From Vitrella brassicaformis CCMP3155 (lineage: Eukaryota; Protista; Chromerida), in the NCBI GenBank assembly GCA_001179505.1, contig CDMY01000951.1, forward strand, positions 1 through 8,638: a stretch of DNA of 8,638 nt, given 5' to 3'. Under the pieces are notes generated by a model, which saw only the letters and a program-made list of their open reading frames with translations, had not been told where the DNA came from and searched no databases. Below, piece by piece: positions 1 through 7,863 of this stretch. The position numbers and the translations under genes were made by a program. Every line of letters begins with the position of its first letter. Position 1 is the stretch's first letter.

Positions 1-50
1 AAAGACACTCACTCACTCATCCATGTTGCCCATTCCGCGTTGTCATTCAG

Positions 51-651
51 CGTTTGAGACCAGCCCGGCCCACTGCGGGGCTGAGTTCGGCTATGGCCGC
101 CCTGTGGCCGACAACAATACTGACACGGGTGAGCCTAAAACGAAGGGACGTTCATGGCCACATGTGCCATACGTCTGTCTGTGTTGGTCCGTATTCAGTG
201 CCTGGTGCGTTTGAGTCGGTCCCTGAGTCCAACATGGCTCACTTCAACAACTCGGATGCCCCCGGTATGACGAGAGGGGAGACGTCCATATGACTCACAG
301 ATACTTTCACTTGTGTGTGTGCGTCCTCCGCAGCAGCAGCGGCTCCCGCCCCTACCATCGCCCAGGGCGAGCCTGCCGGCGTCAATGACGAGGAGGGCGA
401 TAATGACGGCGAGGTGGTGGTGCCCGAGGATGGCGTGGCTGACGATGGTGAGCAACGAAACAAGGGCATTGATCCATCATGATGGACGTATGTGAACGCA
501 TCCATCTCCTCTCCCTTGGTTGACTGCAGGCGCCCAGCCCGCCGTCATTGACCCGCCGCCGCCCGCCCAGCTGCCCCAGCCCCTTGTCGTGGTTGAGAGG
601 GCCATCCAGACTGATGGCATCATTCTCCAGACGACCATGCGCCAGCAGTAG
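51..651 (+). CDS. 5'-truncated spliced gene A (last four exons); hypothetical protein with an acidic/Pro/Ala-rich low-complexity C-terminus
   Basis: Exons 51-128, 199-264, 334-447, 530-651 joined by GT-AG introns (129-198 gtgagc..ttcag, 265-333 gtatga..cgcag, 448-529 gtgagc..tgcag). All introns are phase 1 and keep one open frame: (x)FETSPAHCGAEFGYGRPVADNNTDTVPGAFESVPESNMAHFNNSDAPAAAAPAPTIAQGEPAGVNDEEGDNDGEVVVPEDGVADDGAQPAVIDPPPPAQLPQPLVVVERAIQTDGIILQTTMRQQ* (TAG 649-651). An acceptor ttcag at 46-50 implies upstream exons outside the window. No family recognised. Confidence 0.7.
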
Positions 652-932
652 GGAGGGAGGGATACAGACGACTGACGAACCAGACGCACACCGGCATTCA
701 CACATGTATGTTGCTGTGGTCCTGTTCTCATATGCAGCGTATCGGAACGGGCCTGGTATATGTGGGAGGCCGACCATGCGTCGAGCGCGGTAGACAACTG
801 GGCCGTGGTAAGTGAGCCAACAGAGAAAACAACGGCAGGGTGCGCATACACGTGCATGGGATTCTCCATCTGTGTGTGTCGTTGCTCTGTTCCTTGGTTC
901 AGGCTGCTGCCATCGAGATGGAGCAGTCATAC

Positions 933-945
933 TTTATTCTTTATT
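933..945 (-). promoter_or_regulatory. Tandem AATAAA hexamers, candidate polyadenylation signal for gene B
   Basis: tttatt at 933-938 and 940-945 read AATAAA twice on the - strand, ~375 nt past the gene B stop, in an AT-rich island within GC-rich DNA. Use of AATAAA in this lineage is not established here. Confidence 0.35.
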
Positions 946-1317
946 TCTAATCAGGATGCTGGATAACGTAGTGCATGGCGTGGACGGAGGTGCCATGTAT
1001 TTTGTACAGGTTGGCTGGCTGCCGTGCTCGATTTGTGGTGGTGGATACGTGTGATTTGAGAGCCTGTGACGCTTTCATACAGCAACGACCATCAAACACA
1101 TGCAAGGTCATTGATCTGGCGAGTTCTGGAATGTCATGTGTCCGTCGTCTCTGTCATCCAAGCCAAACACGTACGGGCCCTCATGAATCCATCCATCCAT
1201 TGATGCGAAGCCAAAAGTGGTCGTGACTGTAGACACTCCACGCGTTTCATGCGATGACCAACACACATACGAAACGGTCTGTCGGTCTGCCTTTTTCCCC
1301 TCACTCCTCCTCTGTCT

Positions 1318-4300
1318 TCATGACTGTGTCCTGTGTGCCTGATCGGTGTGTGTCTGTTTCTTGACCTTCTGCTTGGCCTGGCTCCAACGCAACACAACAC
1401 CACTCTGACCTCCTGCCTCACCCTGCCCTTTGGCCACTCTGAATCGCCTCCTGGCCCCCTCCCTCACGCAGTCGACGAGCGAGAACCGAGAGCTGTAGAC
1501 GTAAGGCAGCGTCAGCACGACAGACGACAGAGAGGGGCAGCTGTCGAAGGTCTCTGCGACGCAGTCGGCGAACGACTTGCACATGTCCTTGACAGCAGCG
1601 AAGGGCAGGCCAGTCTGCCCGCGGCTGTGGCGCAGAGACACACGCAGCTCAATTTCCAGACGAGACACACGACGCTCCATGACCTGTCTGCCTGCCTCCC
1701 CCTCCCCGCCGTACACACGCCACTGCACAGTCAAGTCATCGGCTGGCGCTGCGTCGGACTGGCCACCATGGTAGCCGTACCGGTAAGGCTCAGCGTCAAT
1801 CAACAACTTGACTGTCAGATCCTTGCCTTGACTCGACAGAAAACCCATACCCTCAGGCACGAGACACAGCTCAGCACTTGGGTCGGGCTTCACACGCACC
1901 TCAAACGACACCTCCTCGAGCGACGGCAGCGACCCCATGCAGACGCCCGCCCCTCCCTCATACAGGCGCATACCCGCATCGCGCTCATACACACGCAGCG
2001 ACACCACACTGGGGAAGAGGCAGTGGGCATTAGACGTGATATAGGATGGGAGGGGCTGCGTGACAGAGGGCTGCACGTGGGCATGAGCGAGGTAGTGTGT
2101 ATATGCCGGCTGCGGCGGCGGCTGGTTGCGGTAGCTGCACCGGATGGTCAGCTCTCGGGCCCGCTCGCACACCAGCGGGCTGAGGGCGGCCGTCCCCATC
2201 CCGTCCTCTGCATGCGACACGAGCGTCACGGGGTTGGCTTTGGCGCAGCACAGCTGCACGGTGGGGAGGCAGGTGGCGAGGGGGGCGACGTCGCCTTCGA
2301 AGGGCAGCAGGAGGTGGAAGTAGGTGCTCGTGTGGTACGTCTCGACCGCATCAGGTGCGAGGCAGGCAGCTCGGAACCGATGAATCCTCTGATGATAACC
2401 AACGCAGAAATCGACTGCTGGTGAGTCGACGTCTTCTCATGCTCACCTGGATAGTTTTGGGTGTCGGCATATCGAAGAGGCGCATCTCAATCTTCTGCAG
2501 CTTGGCTGCCGGGGGGGCTGAGATGACGTCAATGAACTCATCCTCGGGCGCCTTGCCGCCGCCGAGGCCGTAGTTGTGGTTGTAGGGGTAGTAGACGTGG
2601 GGGTTGTGGTCGTGGTCCCTGCCCGAGAATTTGAAGCCGGAGAGGGACGTGAGAGTCTTGGCTGTCACCACATGGAGGCACGCAATGAGGGCTGTGTCGA
2701 TGGTAATATCCGCTGCCGCAACCCTCTCACCAGTTGGGGTGTCCTTGACGGAAGCGGAAACGTCTGTGAGCGACTGACGCACCACAGCAGGACGCACAGC
2801 ATGACCAGTCTTGAGTGTGCGACGCTGGGCTGCCTGTTCGGGTGTCTTACGTGAAAGAAGGTAGAGTGGATGGATGTCAGGCCCTCAGATGCGCCGTCAA
2901 TCCACGGCACCACCTGCATAAACACCCACCAACACACGTGTCGCGGCCCGGAAAATTCGTGTGCTGCATCCATTTCCGTGTGTGCGAGGGCTGACCCCGT
3001 AATGCCAAGAGTATTCCCCGTGGCGACTGAATATGGAACCACTCAGGTGCTTGAGGGCCGGGAGTGTGTACTTGCGATCTCGTGCGACGCCGCCCCACTT
3101 CCCATGGACGGCTGCCTTGTGGAGCTGCGGGAAGATGATGTGCTGCTGGGGAGGGGGCAGGTTGTCGTCGGGCTTGTTCTTGACGCCACGCAGGTCGACG
3201 CTCTTGATGCTGTCCTTGAGCTTTTCGAGCAGACGGATGAGGACGGGTGTGGGGGCGTGATTGATGCGGATGTCCTTACACTTCGAGAAACGACCTGAAG
3301 GAAGGCGATACACATCTGGATGCGGACACACGACGCATGGGGCCTCTGTTTGGGTATACCGGGCAGTTCCTTGGCGATGTCATTGGGTGGTGAGGTGTTG
3401 AGTTGGATGATGGGGTGCATGTTGCTGTCCTGGGTGAGGGTGTGGAAGGTGAGGGTGTGGAAGTGGCTGTTCACAGCCGACAGCGATGTCAGACATGGCA
3501 CGAAACCAACGAAGGCTCCAAGTCCTGACACGCCAACATACCACACACATGCATCACCCCCGTCCCCTGGATACTCGTCGTCCACTCTCTCCTTTGCGTA
3601 CCGAATTTCTCCTCGCTGCTCATCCAGAGGGCCTCAGGCAGCCCCTCGAGGCACGGCGCAACCACCTGCACACACCAAACAAGGGCGAGGAGGACACACA
3701 AACGCATGTGTCCGTGCATCTCCCATGTGCGGTGCGCTGACCTGTTGTTGGTGTAGTTTGTCGATTTTGTCTTGTATGATTTGTAGTTTGGCGACGCACT
3801 GGTCCAGCTGCCGCTTGACGGTGGTGTCGGTGTGGGTGGCGTGGGCCTCAGCATCAGCCGTCACCATCGCCGTCAACACGCGGTAGTGGCGGTCAACGTC
3901 CTGCATCATCAGCCAGCCACACACACATACACATGCACAACAAATCGCAGGGGAGCAGGCAGGATGTGTCGTGTCAACTGTGTGTCGTGTCGTCATCCTC
4001 ACCTGCATGCGATTCTGCTCTGTGTGCGATCCGGGTGCGGCGAGGCCCATCTTCAACTCATACAACTCCTTAGCCTGAACGCAGGCAGGACGACACACAC
4101 AACACCACACACATTCCTCTCCGGTGATCCTCACCCTGCCCCCCTCTCCCTCTCGCTCACCTTTGCTTTGGCGTGTTCGACGCGCTGGATCTGCGTCTGC
4201 AGCTTCTGCGTCTGCAGCTTCTGCGCCACGGCCTTGAGAGCCTCCAGCGGGTCGGCAGGAAACAACTCAACCACATCCTGACGGGCAAACACACGACACA

Positions 4301-4685
4301 CAGACACCAGCGAGCCATAGATGAGCAATGCCCAAGCCATGCCGGTCCCTCGCGTGTGCCATCCCATCACGTGATGCGAGCGTACCTCCATCTGATGGTC
4401 CTCGTCTGCCGCTTGAGCCTTAGATCTGCCGCCCTTCTTCTTGGGCTTGGCCTTGCCGGCAGCCGCCTTGTCCTTCTTATCCACCCGCTGCTTCTTCTTA
4501 GCGGCCTTGGTGGTGCGGCGGCCCCTCTCCTCCCACCCTGACCCATCCTCCTTCTCATCACCGTCGCTGCTCACGCCCACATCCATCGACGGCTTTCGCT
4601 TCTGACCCACACCTGCCGCAGCCTCAGCCGCAGCGATGGCGGCCTGACGGGCGGTCATGCGATGCTCAACACCTTCTGACGCCAT
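1318..4685 (-). CDS. Gene B: 10-exon, 878-aa protein with basic NLS-like N-terminus, helical/coiled-coil region, F-box-like motif and degenerate LRR-like C-terminal region
   Basis: Exons (minus strand): 4685-4386, 4277-4161, 4074-4003, 3900-3742, 3665-3602, 3524-3360, 3294-2996, 2913-2851, 2773-2447, 2388-1318; total 2637 nt, open to TGA at 1320-1318. All nine introns are GT-AG. Segment-by-segment similarity to gene C supports the boundaries through exon 8: DVVELFPADPLEAL/DVFELAPEDALMAL; RHYRV/RHYRV; LEGLPEALW/IEDLPDAVW; INHAPTPVL/INHRPTPSL; WIDGASEGLTSIH/WIQRASDGLSSIH. Exon model ~0.85; the functional label is motif-based inference. Confidence 0.8.
3433..3462. repeat. In-frame 15-bp tandem duplication in gene B exon 6 (FHTLT FHTLT)
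   Basis: ggtgagggtgtggaa at 3433-3447 and 3448-3462. Removing one unit gives a gap-free alignment with gene C. Confidence 0.9.
3448..3665 (-). other. F-box-like motif in gene B (split by intron 3525-3601)
   Basis: Spliced sequence VVAPCLEGLPEALWMSSEEKFG-LGAFVGFVPCLTSLSAVNSHFHTLT aligns with the gene C motif (LP, W, GLGA, GF, TSLS, F conserved). Confidence 0.5.
4191..4225. repeat. In-frame 15-bp tandem duplication in gene B exon 2 (KLQTQ KLQTQ)
   Basis: ctgcgtctgcagctt at 4191-4205 and 4206-4220, plus ctgcg. Accounts for 39 aa in B versus 34 aa in the equivalent exon of C. Confidence 0.9.
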
Positions 4686-4814
4686 CGCTGCCGAAGGAGC
4701 GAGAAGAACGAGCGAGAAGAACGCGAGAAATAGGACAATAGCTCGCGACATCCTGGCCAACAAAAGGTAAATGGAACGACCCAATTTCTTTCCTCTCTTT
4801 CCCCCTTTGTCACG
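4686..4814. promoter_or_regulatory. Putative compact bidirectional promoter / shared 5' region
   Basis: 129 bp between the divergent ATGs at 4685(-) and 4815(+). The left half is purine-rich and the right half pyrimidine-rich on the + strand, so each ATG is preceded by a polypyrimidine tract on its own strand. Confidence 0.55.
4697..4729. repeat. 13-bp tandem repeat (gagcgagaagaac x2 plus partial) upstream of the gene B ATG
   Basis: gagcgagaagaac at 4697-4709 and 4710-4722, followed by gcgagaa. Confidence 0.75.
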
Positions 4815-6185
4815 ATGGACGTCAAGGACCGACCGGCTCGTCCCGTCCGCAAGGCCGCCATGGCCGCCTCATCCGCCGCCGCTGCCGCTGGTGGTGGTGG
4901 TGGTGGTGGTCGTGATCGCAAACCCGTCGATGTGGAGATGCTCAGCGACTGGCAGCCGTCTGACAACACGAGCAGCAGCAGCAGCAGCGGGTCGGACTGG
5001 GAGGGGAAAAAGGTGGTCAAAAAGGACCAGGGGAAGAAGAAGAAGCAGGTCAAGAAGGTCAAGAAGAAGCGGCCAGTGACACCTGAGGACATCGAAATGG
5101 AGGTACGGTACACACGAGGCAACAAACGCGACGAGCCGAGGGAGTGGGCAGGGGGAAAGTGTTGTGTGTTGTGCTGTGTGTTATGCGTTGTGTCAGGATG
5201 TGTTTGAGTTGGCTCCCGAGGACGCGTTGATGGCCCTTGAGGCAGTGGCTCAGCAGCTCCAGATGCACCTCAAGTGGATCAACGAGGCAACAGCTAAGGT
5301 AGGTGAGGAGGCTGAACGCAACACGATAGAGAGGGCCACAAACTGCCTTTCCTCTCTGTTGGTGTTTGTGTGTTGTGTGCAGGCTCAGCAGGTGTTTGAT
5401 GCGAAGATGGCCCTCGAACCCGACTCAGACATCACACAGAACAGAATGGAGGTGACCAGCAAATGCACAAACCTACACACACACACACACACACGCCCTC
5501 ACCCGTGTGCTGCTTCCCATGGCAGGAGATCAATCGCCACTACCGCGTGTGGTCGAGTATGGTGCAGAAGGCCGCCGAGCAGCAGGCCAACCACATCGAC
5601 AAGACCGCCAAGCAACAGACCGAGCACGCTGTGGACAAAATCGACCTGCTGCAGGACAAAATCAACAAACTAAATGAGGAGGTAAGCCACCTGGGGAAGT
5701 GGCAGAGAGGTAGCCAGCTGCCCACGGCCACGGTGTCTGTGTCCTTGTCCATAGGTTGAGTTGTCGATTGAGGACCTGCCTGACGCCGTGTGGATGACGA
5801 CTGAGGACGGCATGGGGCTGGGTGCCTACCTCGGCTTCCAGGCCTTCATGACGTCCCTCTCCGTCGCCAGCACATACTTCAAGGCCCTCAGCCGCCAGAG
5901 GGCCGTCCACCCCATCCTCGACATATCCGTATCGCCATCCGTGGACACCGCCAAGAAGTGGACGCGTAAGCAACGGGGCGATGAAAGAACAGACGGGAAT
6001 GGGCACACACCAGATGTGTTGTCTTGTGTTGTGTTGTGATGTGTGCAGGTCGTTCGTTCTGCAAGCATCTGCTCATCAACCACCGCCCCACCCCGTCGCT
6101 GCTGTATCTGCTCGAGAGCCTGGCACCCACCGTCGAGAGCGTCGTGCTGCAGGGTTCGGTGTCCACTGAGAAGGAGGCACTGGGG
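4815..6185 (+). CDS. Gene C (first copy, interrupted by an assembly gap): paralogue of gene B; basic N-terminus, coiled coil, F-box-like motif, LRR-like region
   Basis: Exons 4815-5102, 5197-5298, 5383-5451, 5526-5681, 5755-5965, 6049-(6185, gap). GT-AG introns at positions and phases equivalent to gene B. Reads MDVKDRPARPVRKAA...KKKKQVKKVKKKRP..ME/DVFELAPEDAL..AK/AQQVFDAKM..NRME/EINRHYRV..KLNEE/VELSIEDLPDAVW..KKWTR/RSFCKHLLINHRPTPS. Using exon 6 from the third copy (440 nt), 422 codons are visible; the gene continues beyond the window. Confidence 0.82.
4890..4988 (+). repeat. Coding trinucleotide microsatellites in gene C exon 1: (GGT)7 poly-Gly and (AGC)6 poly-Ser
   Basis: ggt x7 at 4890-4910; agc x6 at 4971-4988. 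Confidence 0.9.
5475..5494 (+). repeat. (AC)10 microsatellite in gene C intron 3 (same length at 6556-6575)
   Basis: Direct count of 20 nt in both copies. Confidence 0.9.
5755..5892 (+). other. F-box-like motif in gene C
   Basis: VELSIEDLPDAVW-x-GLGAYLGFQAFMTSLSVASTYFKALS resembles the F-box pattern (l-x-x-LP-x-e-(i/v)...(i/l)-x-x-yL...l-s-x-v-(s/c)-x-x-(f/w)-x-x-l) with a short insertion. Visual match only; no HMM was run. Confidence 0.55.
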
Positions 6186-6485
6186 NNNNNNNNNNNNNNN
6201 NNNNNNNNNNNNNNNNNNNNNNNNNNNNNNNNNNNNNNNNNNNNNNNNNNNNNNNNNNNNNNNNNNNNNNNNNNNNNNNNNNNNNNNNNNNNNNNNNNNN
6301 NNNNNNNNNNNNNNNNNNNNNNNNNNNNNNNNNNNNNNNNNNNNNNNNNNNNNNNNNNNNNNNNNNNNNNNNNNNNNNNNNNNNNNNNNNNNNNNNNNNN
6401 NNNNNNNNNNNNNNNNNNNNNNNNNNNNNNNNNNNNNNNNNNNNNNNNNNNNNNNNNNNNNNNNNNNNNNNNNNNNNNNNNNNNN
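6186..6485. other. Assembly gap (300 N)
   Basis: Run of exactly 300 N. Confidence 0.99.
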
Positions 6486-7552
6486 AGATGGCCCTCGAAC
6501 CCGACTCAGACATCACACAGAACAGAATGGAGGTGACCAGCAAATGCACAAACCTACACACACACACACACACACGCCCTCACCCGTGTGCTGCTTCCCA
6601 TGGCAGGAGATCAATCGCCACTACCGCGTGTGGTCGAGTATGGTGCAGAAGGCCGCCGAGCAGCAGGCCAACCACATCGACAAGACCGCCAAGCAACAGA
6701 CCGAGCACGCTGTGGACAAAATCGACCTGCTGCAGGACAAAATCAACAAACTAAATGAGGAGGTAAGCCACCTGGGGAAGTGGCAGAGAGGTAGCCAGCT
6801 GCCCACGGCCACGGTGTCTGTGTCCTTGTCCATAGGTTGAGTTGTCGATTGAGGACCTGCCTGACGCCGTGTGGATGACGACTGAGGACGGCATGGGGCT
6901 GGGTGCCTACCTGGGCTTCCAGGCCTTCATGACGTCCCTCTCCGTCGCCAGCACATACTTCAAGGCCCTCAGCCGCCAGAGGGCCGTCCACCCCATCCTC
7001 GACATATCCGTATCGCCATCCGTGGACACCGCCAAGAAGTGGACGCGTAAGCAACGGGGCGATGAAAGAACAGACGGGAATGGGCACACACCAGATGTGT
7101 TGTCTTGTGTTGTGTTGTGATGTGTGCAGGTCGTTCGTTCTGCAAGCATCTGCTCATCAACCACCGCCCCACCCCGTCGCTGCTGTATCTGCTCGAGAGC
7201 CTGGCACCCACCGTCGAGAGCGTCGTGCTGCAGGGTTCGGTGTCCACTGAGAAGGAGGCACTGGGGCTGCAGCACAACCGCCGCCAGGTGACCGATCGCC
7301 ACATGCGCCTGACCGTCGAGCGCATGATGCGCGACAAGACCGGCCAGTTCAAGAAGATCGACCTGCCGGACAACGAGGAGCCCGTCGCATTCCCCCACCT
7401 CAAGCAGGCCACCGTCGGCACCGTGTGGTCCCACATCGCAGACGAGCGCAACTACGATCTAGGGGCCCTCAAGCGTCTGTCCGCCATCGACGCGGGGCAG
7501 TATGGGCAGCGCTCGTGGATACAGCGTGCATCAGACGGCCTCTCGTCCATTC
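6486..7552 (+). CDS. Second copy of gene C exons 3(part)-6(part); probably a redundant overlapping contig rather than a separate gene
   Basis: 6486-7266 matches 5405-6185 (offset 1081) with one visible difference (5832 C vs 6913 G, synonymous Leu), introns included. Exon pieces: 6486-6532, 6607-6762, 6836-7046, 7130-7552 (gap). Bounded by N gaps on both sides. Confidence 0.7.
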
Positions 7553-7852
7553 NNNNNNNNNNNNNNNNNNNNNNNNNNNNNNNNNNNNNNNNNNNNNNNN
7601 NNNNNNNNNNNNNNNNNNNNNNNNNNNNNNNNNNNNNNNNNNNNNNNNNNNNNNNNNNNNNNNNNNNNNNNNNNNNNNNNNNNNNNNNNNNNNNNNNNNN
7701 NNNNNNNNNNNNNNNNNNNNNNNNNNNNNNNNNNNNNNNNNNNNNNNNNNNNNNNNNNNNNNNNNNNNNNNNNNNNNNNNNNNNNNNNNNNNNNNNNNNN
7801 NNNNNNNNNNNNNNNNNNNNNNNNNNNNNNNNNNNNNNNNNNNNNNNNNNNN
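7553..7852. other. Assembly gap (300 N)
   Basis: Run of exactly 300 N, the same size as the first gap, suggesting a placeholder length. Confidence 0.99.
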
Positions 7853-7863
7853 CTTGTCCATAG

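Noticed and set aside
382-1421. Assorted short ORFs (60-182 aa) in the 3' intergenic region
   Set aside because: No coherent splice pattern, coding-like composition or recognisable motifs.
1333-2424. 363-aa + strand ORF
   Set aside because: Antisense shadow of gene B's long last exon in GC-rich DNA. The - strand frame is tied by splicing to exons homologous to gene C.
4131-4784. Single 217-aa ORF as a standalone membrane or secreted protein
   Set aside because: It is exons 1-2 of gene B plus a stop-free 108-nt intron. The paralogue confirms the splice. Only the leader possibility is kept as a finding.
4764-4826. Possible + strand intron (aag|gtaaat ... gtcaag|) removing the gene C ATG
   Set aside because: No supported upstream exon, and the ATG at 4815 gives an N-terminus comparable in length and layout to gene B.
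5299-5308. Alternative donor gtgagg 4 nt downstream of the chosen donor in gene C intron 2
   Set aside because: It would shift the frame. The 5299 donor matches the gene B boundary (..AK|gt).
1318-6185. Assigning a gene symbol (e.g. an FBXL name) to B or C
   Set aside because: Only a motif-level resemblance. No orthology can be supported without a search.
6186-7852. Spaced near-identical blocks read as a CRISPR array, LTRs or a transposon
   Set aside because: The repeats are spliced gene fragments bounded by placeholder gaps. No short repeat-spacer periodicity, terminal repeats, target-site duplication or transposase/RT motif.
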